Below are positions 53,939 through 64,000 of a DNA stretch of 64,000 nucleotides, in pieces. The DNA is from Vulcanimicrobiota bacterium (GTDB lineage: Bacteria; Vulcanimicrobiota; Vulcanimicrobiia; Vulcanimicrobiales; Vulcanimicrobiaceae). Made by a program: the position numbers and the translations under genes. Below the pieces are notes generated by a model that saw nothing but the letters and a program-made list of their open reading frames with translations, had not been told where the DNA came from and made no database searches. The stretch is from NCBI GenBank assembly GCA_963795855.1, contig CAWCIZ010000003.1, positions 832,001-896,000 on the forward strand. Direction: 5' to 3'. Within the stretch, counting starts at the first letter, position 1. The number at the start of each line of letters is the position of its first letter.

Positions 53939-55371
53939 ACACCTCACACGCTAAAGTCGATCGGAGAACCGCGTTGTTCGTTTTCTCACTGCTTCTTGCC
54001 GCGGGGGCGCCGCAGCCGGCGCCGGACGCCGGGATCGCCGCTCGCATCGGCGCCGCCGTTACAAAAACGGTCGAAGCGCAGCATCCGGTCGGAGGCGCCG
54101 TCGGCGTAGCGAAAGACGGCAAATTAATCTACGTCGCCGCTTTCGGCGACAGGGACCTGTCAACGCGTGCTCCTGTGGACGCGGCCACACACTTCGAAAT
54201 CGGCTCCGTAACCAAGCAGTTCACCGCGGCTGCCATCCTCCAACTCCAGGAACGCGGGAAACTGAGCATCAACGACAAGCTCTCGGCGTATTTCCCCGCG
54301 TTTCCGCACGCCGCGGAAATCACGCTGCGGGATCTGCTTTATCAAGTCTCCGGTCTACCGGATTACCTTCCGGACAACGATATGGCGAAGTCGTTTCGGA
54401 CACCGGCGACGTTGATTTCGATTGCATCGCTAGCGACGAACCTGCATTTCACTCCCGGGACGAAATGGCAGTACAGTAATACGAACTATTTTCTGCTCGG
54501 CAACGTCGTTGCGAAAGTATCCGGTCACACGTACGAACAGTACGTCCGGGAGAATTTGTTCGGCCCCGCCGGCATGACGCAATCTGCGTTCGTCGAGGAT
54601 GAACCGAACCTTACGGATGTAGCGAAAGCGTATTGGCGCGGTGAGGACGGTAAGAGTAAGCTAACTGAAGCCCCGGAGATTCCCGAATCGTGGGCCGGCG
54701 GCGCAGGCGCGATCGTCTCGACGATCCAGGATCTCGTGAAATGGGATACGGCGCTGACGTCGGGTAAGATCGTGAGCGCGGCGGACTATACGCTCATGTC
54801 CACGCCCGGAAAGTTGAATAACGGCAATCCGACGACGTACGGCATGGGATTGGGCATCGACCCGATCTTTGGGCACAAGCGGGTTTGGCATAACGGCGGT
54901 ACGCTAGGCTCATTTACCATGAACGGCACCTATCCCGACGATCATATCGACATCGTCGTGTTTGAGAATAGTGTGGACAGCGATCCGGCCGGCGTTGAAG
55001 TTGCTGCATTGGGCGCAATCTTCCCGGAAGCTCTGGCTGCATCGAAACGCGCCGCACCGGGCGAAGATCTTTCGTTTCGTCCGCGCATTCTCCACTATCT
55101 CGATGAAACTCTGAAAGGAACCATGCCCGCAAGTGAAATGTCCGCTCAATTTGCGAGTATAGCAACGCGGGATACGCAGCAGCGGTTTGCCGCGATGTTT
55201 GCTCCGTTTGGCAAACCGACGGCGGTTATTTTTCGCGGAAAACGACTCAAAGGCGAGGACACCGCGTATTCGTATCGTGTTGAGTTTGCGAAAAACGCAA
55301 TCATGTTCGTGGTCGTATATAACCCGAAGACCAAACTCGTCGACGGTATTGGACTTCAACCGGCCCCCTAG
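53827..55371 (+). CDS. Serine hydrolase, beta-lactamase/PBP family (true start probably near 53950)
   Basis: FEIGSVTKQF (SxxK), YSNTNY, WHNGG. Confidence 0.88.
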   Translation: MDDSHAPLEAWSNLHGDGDAGTTWGNSRSDRSRKHALDTSHAKVDRRTALFVFSLLLAAGAPQPAPDAGIAARIGAAVTKTVEAQHPVGGAVGVAKDGKLIYVAAFGDRDLSTRAPVDAATHFEIGSVTKQFTAAAILQLQERGKLSINDKLSAYFPAFPHAAEITLRDLLYQVSGLPDYLPDNDMAKSFRTPATLISIASLATNLHFTPGTKWQYSNTNYFLLGNVVAKVSGHTYEQYVRENLFGPAGMTQSAFVEDEPNLTDVAKAYWRGEDGKSKLTEAPEIPESWAGGAGAIVSTIQDLVKWDTALTSGKIVSAADYTLMSTPGKLNNGNPTTYGMGLGIDPIFGHKRVWHNGGTLGSFTMNGTYPDDHIDIVVFENSVDSDPAGVEVAALGAIFPEALAASKRAAPGEDLSFRPRILHYLDETLKGTMPASEMSAQFASIATRDTQQRFAAMFAPFGKPTAVIFRGKRLKGEDTAYSYRVEFAKNAIMFVVVYNPKTKLVDGIGLQPAP

Positions 55372-55822
55372 TGTGCGCACTGCCGCTACTCTATTAACTT
55401 AAGGATAACGCGCTACTACCACGTGGATCCAACGCGACAGTTTTACGGACGCACTTGCATGTGAGCTGTCACTGTGGCGTTGTCGAGGCGACGATGAATC
55501 AACGACGCGGTTGACATCATGTCTAACGCGCCTTGCTCTGCGCTATTGTCCGAGCGCTCGAATTCTTCTCGCGACACGTAGCATAGTCAAAGTGACATTG
55601 CCGGTATCGACCGGTTTTACTCAAGGCACTCGGATCAAATTCAGCGCGGCATGCGATCGCCGCGCGGCCGTATCGCCGACTCTTCGCGCTGGTCTTCGCG
55701 GCTAAGCCGCAAATAACGGATCGGCCCGAAAGCCGGCAAGCCAAGCCGTTCGGGAGTTTGCATCATTTGAAGAGGCCGCGGGCGCAAGAGTTGTACGAGC
55801 GAATGGTACAGAAACCCTCAGC

Positions 55823-56110
55823 ATGAGCAACTACCGAGATGAGTTAGCTGGAGCGGAGCGCCAAGGAAAAGCCGCCCACGATGCGATGGAAGGATGGGTT
55901 AACCGCCCACTGGATGCGCCGGACGTTCCCGGCGAAGTGTTGGAAGGATACGCGCGTGAACTGCGTGAGAGCCGAGAACGCTTGAAACGGCTCATCCGCG
56001 AGCAGGGCGTTCGGGACGACATCGAAGCCGCGCTCAAATCTAATGAACAATATCATCGCTCACTCGGATTGAGCATTCGGGATATCCCGGACCCCGCCGA
56101 CGAGGAATAA
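55823..56110 (+). CDS. Small hypothetical protein
   Basis: 95-aa charged helical ORF. Confidence 0.5.
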   Translation: MSNYRDELAGAERQGKAAHDAMEGWVNRPLDAPDVPGEVLEGYARELRESRERLKRLIREQGVRDDIEAALKSNEQYHRSLGLSIRDIPDPADEE

Positions 56111-56133
56111 CGTTGGATGGCGGTGCCAGGCGA

Positions 56134-56500
56134 TTATTCGCGCGGATCGTCTGAGACTGTATCCCCTTCGCCGACGAGTGCGTCCAATCGCGCGATGACG
56201 TCGTTTCGAAGTGACGCGACAGCGGCTAACATCGATTCTATCCGGTCGCCTGCGTTGCGTTCGAGCCCGTCAAGCGCCGCACCCACCCCGTACGCTACGC
56301 CTTAAGTGCGTCAATTTCGTCCGGTGCAAAGCGCCTCACCGCTCCTTTTCGCACCGCACACGAGCAAGCCGAGCAGCGACCCACGCCCAAACATCGGGAA
56401 AGCATATTCTCCGGCAAGAGCCGTGTGGTAACGATCCAGTTCCATCGCGTCGTGCCAGGTGCGCATCGCGAGGATTGCGGGTCGTGCAGATCGGTTGCGC
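56134..56500 (-). pseudogene. 3' fragment of a membrane GAF-domain gene
   Basis: LAMRTWH...AFPMFGRGSLLGLLVCGAKRSGEA/APDEIDALKRVAYGVGAALD. Confidence 0.7.
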
Positions 56501-56629
56501 CGGTCCCGTTCTCTGGTTATAGCTTGCGCTGCCGCGCGAGGTGAGCCGGCAACGTAAGGCAAGCCGAATACAACCGCGATGCGCTAGAACACTCTAAGTT
56601 TCAGGATCGATCCTCGTTTTAAACTTCCA

Positions 56630-57211
56630 TCAGCATGAAGCGCAGATGACCGAATACACGAGCGGGCGCAGGCTGGAACCGGCAATATTGTGCAACTGTC
56701 CGTTCCCACCATCCTTCCAAAAAGCATATGCTATTTCGTTGAGCCCGTCGCGGTAGCCGACTGACACGCCCGATTTTTCAGCATAGTGGTAAGGGGGCTG
56801 ATTCACCGAAGTCAATGCGTATCTCGACGTGATTCTGCTCCACGATTGCAAAACTCCCGCGGAATTGGAAAACTGCACGTAGCCGGTGAAGAGAACATCG
56901 CTGTCGGTCGGGATGTCTTGTTTGACAAGTTTGCGAGCAAAAACGCAGTCGGTAGCATAGCCGCCTGGAGGCACGAGTTCTCGCAGCGCGCTCGTGCCAG
57001 GCAGGTTCGAACCGCCCCCGCCGGACCACGCGTAGGGCCCGAATATCCTTTGGGCGAGGGCCGGCGCGGACGGCATCACGGCGCATCCCGGCCCGCTCGA
57101 TGCTGTATGTGGACCGGCTTGCGCCTTCGATGGGACTCCCATCGGCGTAAAACAGAGGGCTGCAACGAAAAGCGCAGCCGCAAATTTCAGGAAGACACGC
57201 TTGAGTTTCAT
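56630..57211 (-). CDS. Secreted hypothetical protein
   Basis: AAGGAG RBS; signal peptide ending AQA. Confidence 0.7.
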   Translation of the reverse strand: MKLKRVFLKFAAALFVAALCFTPMGVPSKAQAGPHTASSGPGCAVMPSAPALAQRIFGPYAWSGGGGSNLPGTSALRELVPPGGYATDCVFARKLVKQDIPTDSDVLFTGYVQFSNSAGVLQSWSRITSRYALTSVNQPPYHYAEKSGVSVGYRDGLNEIAYAFWKDGGNGQLHNIAGSSLRPLVYSVICASC

Positions 57212-57440
57212 TGTCGAACTCCTTGTGCACAGATTCTAGGGCTGCAGTGTCCCGACGGCGTCCCGGCGCACATCGAAACAGGCGCAAACGACCTGATCGT
57301 GCCCGAAGTTCTGCCGAGCGCTCGCTCGACGAATGCCTAACGAGGCGCCTGCCGCGCTTAGGGGAATATGACCTGCTCGTGAAAACCGGCATGATAGCCC
57401 TGTGCATCGCGTGCGAACGCTGCTCGGTGGATCGCTCTGC

Positions 57441-57998
57441 ATGACGCCGGAATGGATCAGCGCAATTGCGTCCATCGTGACGATGGTGGTTATCGCTGCA
57501 TCGGCGATAACTGCGCTTATGCAGCTTCGCCATATGCGCGGCAGTAACCAAATTGAACTCATTGCAAATTGGACTGAAGCGATCGAGGGAGAGCAATTCC
57601 AGCGCGCGTTTGCATTTGTAAGCAGGGACCTGACGAGAATTCTCTCCGACGCGGAGGCAGTCCGCAGCCTTTCTTGGAGTCCCGTTCCTCCCGAACTGCA
57701 GCCAGTACGAACCGTAGCAAATCATTTCGAATCGATCGGTTCGTTTGTGCGGCGAGGAATTATCGAAGCGGACGTCGCTTGCGATCTGTGGGCATTAGTC
57801 GTTACGCTTGCGTGGGATGCCTCGGTTCCCGTCGTTACCCACGCGCGCTATATCCTGGCCTCCGATGCGCTTTGGGAAAACTTCGAATACATGGCAGCAA
57901 TTTCCAAGCGATGGATCAATACGCACCCAAATGGCACGTATCCCAACGATCAGCCACGCATGCCCAAGGACGACTCGCTCCTGAAGATACTCGGCTAG
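57441..57998 (+). CDS. N-terminal TM + DUF4760-like protein
   Basis: TM helix then QLRHMR; ANHFESIGSFVRRG; WENFEYMA. Confidence 0.7.
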   Translation: MTPEWISAIASIVTMVVIAASAITALMQLRHMRGSNQIELIANWTEAIEGEQFQRAFAFVSRDLTRILSDAEAVRSLSWSPVPPELQPVRTVANHFESIGSFVRRGIIEADVACDLWALVVTLAWDASVPVVTHARYILASDALWENFEYMAAISKRWINTHPNGTYPNDQPRMPKDDSLLKILG

Positions 57999-58290
57999 CG
58001 TGGGTGAGTGGTCAAGGTGGTCGAACAAAACGGCTGATCGCCTTTGAAGTCGTGCTATTTCGCGGCTTTCCGGCTTTACATGCGCACCGAAGGTACAACG
58101 TGCGCCTGTACTGGAACCCTTCTGGTTGGTGCAGTTGCGATTCGCCGCGGACCGAAAATTTTTGCGCGACTCGTATGAATTTTTGTCGCGCTCCCACAAA
58201 CATGGGATAGAGCTTAGTGAAGTTACGGTCTGGTCGAATCTCAGCGGTAGCGCTGCAACGGTGTGCAGAAGAGGCATCTCGCAGCGGGTT

Positions 58291-58320
58291 TTGCATTCGG
58301 AAGCGGCCCTCTGCTATACT
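58291..58320 (+). promoter_or_regulatory. Sigma70-type promoter
   Basis: TTGCAT-N18-TATACT with extended TG. Confidence 0.6.
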
Positions 58321-58451
58321 TCGGGCAGAGCGCGATGAGGCGCGACCGGTCCGCGGAAAGGTCAGAAGACCGCTCATCCTTCGTCATCGGCATCACAAAC
58401 GAACTTCTGCCTGCAGATGCGGACGTCAGGCGTACTTCAAAGGAAGTTCGT

Positions 58452-59554
58452 ATGCCTACTCGTCAGCTGCCGATTCGGCCAAACGTAGCACACCTAAAGC
58501 ACCAACTGCAGATTTACTTAGCGGGCAGCGTGCCGGCCTTCGGCATGTCGTGCAGCGTCTTCGCGAGTTTCATCCACGCTTATCCGGTCTTACCGACGCA
58601 CAGATTGCAGCTACGCGGCTGAAATTGAGCGATGCGTATCTCGCAATTGCGCGGGAATACGGTTTTCCGAGTTGGGCAAAGTTGAAAGCATTCGTCGAGG
58701 GCGGCAATCCTGCGATCTTGAAGTTACCGGCACATGAGCGTATCGGCGATCCGGATTTCCGGCAGGCCGTAGATTTCATCGATGCGGGCAATGTGGAGGC
58801 TTTACGCGAGCACATGCAACGGCATCCTAGTCTTGTGCGCCGGCACGCTACGCTTTATGGCGGCAACTACTTTCAGACTCCCACGCTGCTAGAATTCATC
58901 GCAGAAAACCCATCGCGCCGCGGCGTATTGCCCGAAAACATCGTTCCGATCGCTCGCGTCCTTTTAGTTGCGGGAGCCAGCCACGATCGTTCTGCGCTGG
59001 ACCGCGCGCTGGCGCTCGTTGCATCCAGTAGCGTGGCGCGGGCTAACGGCGTGCAACGCGCGCTTATCAACGCCCTATGCGATTACGGGGCTTCACCGGA
59101 TGCCGCGATGCTCGATGCGCTGATGTATGGCGAATTTGACAGCGTCGATGCGCTTCTCGAACGTGGCGCCAAGATGAATCTGATGGCGGCGTCCGCTCTA
59201 GGTCGCGTGGAGAAGATACGCAGTCTGGCGCGAAATGCCGGCGATGACGAGCTGAGGCTAGCCCTTGCGCTTGCAGCGCAGCATGGACGCACGGAGACAG
59301 TGCGAACCCTGCTGGAAGCCGGAGCTGATGCTGCGAGCTTTACGCCTCCTCCCGGACACTCCCACGCGACACCGCTGCATCAAGCCGCTCTCATCGGAAA
59401 TGAAGAAATCGTGAAGTTGCTGTTGGCGCACGGCGCTCGCCCCGAGGTGCGCGATATCCTGTATGACGGCACGCCGGCCGGCTGGGCCCAGCACAACGGA
59501 TTTCGCGACCTAGCTGCATGGCTGCGAAAATCTCCAGCAGCAGACGACAACTGA
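58452..59554 (+). CDS. Ankyrin-repeat protein (frameshift near 58510)
   Basis: MPTRQLPIRPNVAHLKHQ..., AIAREYGFPSWAKLKAFV, TPLHQAAL ankyrin repeats. Confidence 0.85.
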
Positions 59555-59603
59555 CGGCCGTGGGCGGGCACTGGAAAAACGGCCGTGGGCGGGCACTGGA
59601 AAA
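59554..59603 (+). repeat. Perfect 25-bp tandem duplication
   Basis: ACGGCCGTGGGCGGGCACTGGAAAA x2. Confidence 0.9.
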
Positions 59604-59663
59604 AAGGCCATCTCGGCGAAGGCAATCGGCAGAAGCTCCTTGCGCTAGGAAGGGAGGTCCGAT

Positions 59664-61088
59664 TTGGCCATCCGTTTCACGGCATTTCTTCAGGCTGCAC
59701 TCCTGCTTTCAACCGCGGCGGCGACGCCCCAGGCGCACTACGATGGCGACATTCACAAAATTCGCCACGTCGTCATCATCATGCAAGAGAATCGTTCCTT
59801 CGATAGCTACTTCGGCACGTATCCGGGCGCCGATGGAATCGCGATGCGCAACGGTATTCCAATCGCGTGCATCGCAAACGTTCATGGAAAACCGTGTGTC
59901 CGTCCGTACCACGACCTCAATGACGAGGACACGGGCGGCCCACACTCCGCCAAAGCGGCGGATGCGGACATCGACCGCGGCAAGATGGATGGCTTCATTC
60001 GCGTGATGTACGGTGCGAGAAATACCGGCGGCTGTCCGACGGATATTCCGACCTGCATCGTCAAGGGGCATGAGGGCACCGTAATGGGCTACCATACCGG
60101 GCGTGAATTACCGGCGTATTGGTCATACGCGCGGAATTTCGTGCTGCAGGATCACATGTTCGCACCGATCCGATCTTGGAGCTTGCCCGCGCATCTCTAT
60201 ATGGTTTCCGAATGGGCGGGACGCTGCAAGAAAGCGAACGAAGCAATGAGTTGCGTGCCCGACCGCGCGTACAGAAGTCCGGACGAGCGACCGCGGGACA
60301 TCATTCCGCGCAACTATTGGATTCCCGGACGGCCCTCGTACCCATGGACCGATCTCACGTATCTGCTTCACGCGCACCACGTCTCGTGGGCGTATTACGT
60401 CATGGACGGTTTTGAGCCGGACTGTGAAGCCGATCAGCAGAGTTGTCACCTCAAACCGCAAAGCGCGCGCACCCCGGGAATTTGGAATCCGCTGCCTCAC
60501 TTTACCGACGTCAAGCAAGACGGCCAGCTCGCAAATATCAGAGATACGTCGCAGTTTTTCCGCGATCTCAAGGCCGGATCGCTGCCATCAGTCGTGTGGC
60601 TCACGCCGTCGAATCGCTACAGCGAGCACCCGCCGGGGCTGCTCAGCACCGGGCAGGCCTACGTAGTGGGTCTTATCAACGCCATCGCGCGTAGCAAGTA
60701 CTGGGATTCAACGGCGATTTTCGTGAGCTGGGACGACTGGGGTGGATTTTACGATCATGTCGCTCCGCCGAATGTCAATTTCTTTGGATACGGCTTACGC
60801 GTGCCGGGACTCGTCGTGAGCGCGTACGCGCGAAAGGGATACGTCGATCACCAGACTCTCAGCCATGACGCATACGTCAAGTTTATCGAAGATGACTTCC
60901 TAAGCGGTGCGCGGCTTGATCCGAAAACCGACGGCCGTCCGGATCCGCGAAAGAGCGTTCCCGAGGAGGGCCCCCGACTCGGAGATGTACGTCGCGACTT
61001 TGACTTCACGCAGTCGCCGCGACGACCGCTTATTCTTGCGGGCGGCATCGAGGGGCCTTACAAGCCCGGATACACCGGTGGACCTTAG
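59664..61088 (+). CDS. Secreted phosphoesterase (phospholipase C/acid phosphatase family)
   Basis: IRHVVIIMQENRSFDSYFG, SEHPP, WDDWGGFYDHV, GLRVP. Confidence 0.92.
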   Translation: MAIRFTAFLQAALLLSTAAATPQAHYDGDIHKIRHVVIIMQENRSFDSYFGTYPGADGIAMRNGIPIACIANVHGKPCVRPYHDLNDEDTGGPHSAKAADADIDRGKMDGFIRVMYGARNTGGCPTDIPTCIVKGHEGTVMGYHTGRELPAYWSYARNFVLQDHMFAPIRSWSLPAHLYMVSEWAGRCKKANEAMSCVPDRAYRSPDERPRDIIPRNYWIPGRPSYPWTDLTYLLHAHHVSWAYYVMDGFEPDCEADQQSCHLKPQSARTPGIWNPLPHFTDVKQDGQLANIRDTSQFFRDLKAGSLPSVVWLTPSNRYSEHPPGLLSTGQAYVVGLINAIARSKYWDSTAIFVSWDDWGGFYDHVAPPNVNFFGYGLRVPGLVVSAYARKGYVDHQTLSHDAYVKFIEDDFLSGARLDPKTDGRPDPRKSVPEEGPRLGDVRRDFDFTQSPRRPLILAGGIEGPYKPGYTGGP

Positions 61089-61185
61089 GCAAAGCCCAAT
61101 CGTTCGCCAAAGAAATGCCCTGCATTGCGCGGCGCATTTTCATTTACCGGATTTGTCTCCACGGGATGCCCGGTGCCGCCGCATG

Positions 61186-61500
61186 TTATTTCGACTTACG
61201 TCTATTGAGAACGTATTGCACTGACGGACTGATCGGCTTATCGCTGCGATGAATACAGCCTATCCAACAACAAGGTCTGCGCTTTCCCTCCTTGAGATGC
61301 GTGCGCACTCTCTCGACATGTTCCTCGCGCGTTTCCGCTTTCTTGACCGATATAACCCAGCATATCCACTCATTGCGGGCGAGCGGCGTCAGACTCTGCC
61401 ATGCTCCAAACGCTTCGGAGTCGGCAAGCAGCGCCTTGCGCAGATCGTCCGGTACGTTGTGGACCACGCCGCCGGCGATTTCTTTTTTCGTACTGCTCAT
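61186..61500 (-). CDS. YdeI/OmpD-associated family protein
   Basis: VPDDLRKAL...LTPLARNEWICWV...KKAETR...RPCCWIGC. Confidence 0.85.
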   Translation of the reverse strand: MSSTKKEIAGGVVHNVPDDLRKALLADSEAFGAWQSLTPLARNEWICWVISVKKAETREEHVERVRTHLKEGKRRPCCWIGCIHRSDKPISPSVQYVLNRRKSK

Positions 61501-61597
61501 TTATGTGACTCCGTTCAGACGCCTTATAACCTAGCCACCCCAACCGTCATCACGGTCTCTTTTCTCATGCCATATTCGTCCGCCTTCGGGAGGAGCC

Positions 61598-62563
61598 TTA
61601 CGTTGTAAAGCGCCGCCGGTATTCGGCGGGAGCGATTCCGTAGCGGCGTTCGAACGCACGCCGGAACGTATCGTCGCTCGTATAGCCGACGGTTTGGGCC
61701 AAATCGTTCATGGGATCCTCGCCGTTGACGAGCAGCCAACGCGCCTCGTCCAAGCGAAGCTCTTCGACAAAGTCTGCGGGCGTCAACCCGAGCGTGGCTT
61801 TGAATTTGCGCGCAAAGTGTCGCGGGCTTAGGTCGACGCGTTCGGCGAGCGAATCGAGTGTGAGATCGCGCTGGAGGTTACCGCGAATCCACGCGGTCAG
61901 ATCGCCAAAGTGCGCCTTCGTCTTCGTTTGCGCAAGAAGCGGCTGTGAGTATTGCAGCTGTCCGCCGGAGCGTTTGAGGTAGACTACGATGTCGCGCGCA
62001 ACCGCCAGTGCGAGCTCGCTGCCGTAGTCTTCCTCGACGAATGACAGCGCCAGATCGATGCCTGCCGTTACTCCCGCGGAGGTATAGAATTTTCCGTCTT
62101 TGACAAAAATCGCATCGGCGTTCACGCTCAGTTTTGGCCAGCGGCGCTGCACCTCAGCCGCATAGCGCCAGTGCGTCGTTACGTTGCGTCCGTCCAGTAA
62201 ACCCGTATCCGCGAGAGCGTAAATTCCGGTACAGACCGATGCAACGCGCCGCGCGCTTCGCGCTTGTTCGCGCAAAAATTTCGTGACCGAGGTTCGTGTC
62301 TTCGGGTGCAAACGCACGCCCTTACCGCCCGGGACGATTATCGTGTCGAACAAACCGCCGTCGGCAAGTGCAGTATCTGCATAGAAGCAGACTCCCGATT
62401 CGCTGGTAATGCGACCGCGGCGCAGCCCTACCACGACGACGTCGTAGGCTGCCGGTTCGCGGGCTAAGAGCTGGTTAGCGCTGGAGAACACGTCCGCCGG
62501 CCCGGCCACATCCAGCGTTTCAACGGCGTCATAAACCAAAATTGCAATTCGTCGCACTTTCAT
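61598..62563 (-). CDS. GlxA-family (DJ-1 + AraC) regulator
   Basis: SVCTG, TTHW, TSAGVTAGIDL, AraC HTH. Confidence 0.93.
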   Translation of the reverse strand: MKVRRIAILVYDAVETLDVAGPADVFSSANQLLAREPAAYDVVVVGLRRGRITSESGVCFYADTALADGGLFDTIIVPGGKGVRLHPKTRTSVTKFLREQARSARRVASVCTGIYALADTGLLDGRNVTTHWRYAAEVQRRWPKLSVNADAIFVKDGKFYTSAGVTAGIDLALSFVEEDYGSELALAVARDIVVYLKRSGGQLQYSQPLLAQTKTKAHFGDLTAWIRGNLQRDLTLDSLAERVDLSPRHFARKFKATLGLTPADFVEELRLDEARWLLVNGEDPMNDLAQTVGYTSDDTFRRAFERRYGIAPAEYRRRFTT

Positions 62564-62624
62564 ATCCGCACTGTAACGCCGGATGGCGACGTCCGCAATG
62601 GTCTCGAACCGACCTTTCAGGACG

Positions 62625-63452
62625 TTATGCTTGGGACGCGGCTTTGGCTGCGCGCGCAGCTACGTCCGATATGCCCAGGCGCTCGCAGACCGACGCAAAT
62701 GCGGTGGTTGGTCCGTGCCACTGCAACTGGTCGACGCTGTCAAAGAGCCTTGCATCGGTTCGAAGCGTCGCAAGTTTCTTGAAAAGCAAGGCGAGCGTGC
62801 GATGTGCGCCCAGCACTTCAGGTGGGAAATCCTCGATCTTGCCATATCGAATAAGCAAAGACGCCGCCCCTTTTGCGCCGATTCCCTTAATGCCGGGATA
62901 TCCGTCCGCAGCATCGCCCACGAGGGCCAGATAATCGGGGATAATTTCGGGGTCCACCCCAAATTTCGATCGTACTGCAGCGGCGTCGCGAATGGCCTTG
63001 CTCTTGCGGTCTACTTGCACGATCCGATCTCCTCGAACGCACTGCGAGAGATCTTTATCCGGCGTCCAAATGCAGATCTTTTGCACGCGAGGATCGCGCG
63101 CGGCGATCTCGGCGGCGGATGCCAGCGCGTCGTCGGCCTCGAGATCCACCATCGCCCAAACCGCGACGCCCATCGCCCGCAACGCGTCCTCGAGGGGCTC
63201 GAACTGGGCCAGCAGCGCCCGCTCGACCCCATCGCCCGTCTTGTATCCGTCCCAGAGTTCGTTGCGAAAAGACTCGATGACGTGATCCGTTGCAACCCCG
63301 ACGTGCGTGGCTCCCTCGCCAATCATTTGCAAGACGGTATTGAGCACTCCCGCGACCGCACCGAACCGGGCGACTTTATCGGTCTTGGCGCGGCGCAGGC
63401 CGTAAAAGTGCCGGAACAGCTCGTACGTTCCGTCAATCAGGTGAACGATCAC
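62625..63452 (-). CDS. 5'-3' exonuclease / flap endonuclease
   Basis: LIDGTYELFR, EADDAL, DKD, LVGDAADGYPGIKGIG. Confidence 0.92.
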   Translation of the reverse strand: MIVHLIDGTYELFRHFYGLRRAKTDKVARFGAVAGVLNTVLQMIGEGATHVGVATDHVIESFRNELWDGYKTGDGVERALLAQFEPLEDALRAMGVAVWAMVDLEADDALASAAEIAARDPRVQKICIWTPDKDLSQCVRGDRIVQVDRKSKAIRDAAAVRSKFGVDPEIIPDYLALVGDAADGYPGIKGIGAKGAASLLIRYGKIEDFPPEVLGAHRTLALLFKKLATLRTDARLFDSVDQLQWHGPTTAFASVCERLGISDVAARAAKAASQA

Positions 63453-64000
63453 GAGTGTAGTATGCGATAGCGCATGTAAATCACTCCAGTGCCGACGCGC
63501 CGCGTTTCGAGAAGCTCGAGATTCCGCCGGAAGGCCGGCCGGAATGCCGGTTTTCCGCCGCCCAAGATCACCGGATTGACAAGGAGCACACATTCATCCA
63601 CGAGGCCGGCTTCGAGCGCAAGGCCTGCAAGCTCGGCGCCGCCAATGGTGATGTCGTGTTTCGAGTTCCGTTTGAGTTTTCGAACGGACTCGAAGTCGAA
63701 GTCTCGCTCCACTCGCGTGTTCCGCGTCGAAGCGCGCATCAGCGATCGTGAGAAGACGATCTTCTCAGTCTTCTGCCAAATTCGTGCGAAGTCGCGGTGT
63801 TGGGGCGGATAAGTCTGCACCGGCGCATCCCAATAAGCCATTGACTCGTAGAGTCGCCGCCCATAGAGATACGTTCCGACGGGCCGCAACAATTCATTGA
63901 CGAGCGGGTGTACTTGATCGGGATCGCCCCAATCGAACGCTCCGGTTTCGTCCTCAATATATCCGTCGAGCGACGTATTGGTGATGTAGATCAACTTGGA
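63449..64000 (-). CDS. Dihydrofolate reductase/RibD C-terminal family protein (5' end at window edge)
   Basis: SLDGYI, YGRRLYE, GGAELA, GLVDE, GGGKP. Confidence 0.88.
   Translation of the reverse strand, partial: SKLIYITNTSLDGYIEDETGAFDWGDPDQVHPLVNELLRPVGTYLYGRRLYESMAYWDAPVQTYPPQHRDFARIWQKTEKIVFSRSLMRASTRNTRVERDFDFESVRKLKRNSKHDITIGGAELAGLALEAGLVDECVLLVNPVILGGGKPAFRPAFRRNLELLETRRVGTGVIYMRYRILHS

Larger units (their letters stand above)
42466..64000. mobile_element. Island 2: accessory region led by a second triple tyrosine-recombinase module; right end not located
   Basis: Starts right after the ssb stop; recombinase trio plus small gene; mosaic cargo, gene fragments and repeats; no rpsR in window. 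Confidence 0.6.

Noticed and set aside
1340..58600. Many frameshifts read as pseudogenes or programmed frameshifting
   Set aside because: They also hit secF and leave motifs intact on both sides, which fits indel errors in the sequence; genuine decay of some island genes cannot be excluded without reads
47727..64000. Classical integron cassette array
   Set aside because: No IntI-like gene or convincing attC sites recognised, and gene orientations are mixed
1..64000. tRNA or rRNA genes; long antisense ORFs over housekeeping genes
   Set aside because: No tRNA or rRNA recognised by eye; antisense ORFs are shadow frames without motifs

Overview
GC-rich bacterial chromosome segment; gene content is compatible with Eremiobacterota/Vulcanimicrobiota, but this is an inference. 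The housekeeping backbone is secD-secF, a HIRAN-RecQ-like helicase, ettA, apt, relA/spoT, an RND permease and rpsF-ssb. Two accessory islands interrupt it, each led by three tyrosine recombinases plus a small HTH/coiled-coil gene. Island 1 (~8147-28724, ~20.6 kb) has imperfect inverted ends and splits a clostripain-like (C11) peptidase gene two codons after its catalytic Cys; joining the flanks restores the reading frame. Its cargo is defence-like: EVE-Mrr nuclease, an ORF/Xre-ImmA/HNH trio, a dcm-HNH-vsr-NgoMIV-like REase-MORC ATPase operon with a LexA-like box, and tiny ORFs that look like isolated antitoxin tails. Island 2 starts right after ssb, where rpsR would be expected, and appears to run past the window end. 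It contains recurrent 8-bp tandem arrays, hairpins and truncated paralogue fragments that look like recombination scars. Many single-base frameshifts, including in secF, are most likely sequencing or assembly errors, so gene boundaries across them are approximate. All family assignments come from motifs recognised by eye, not database searches.
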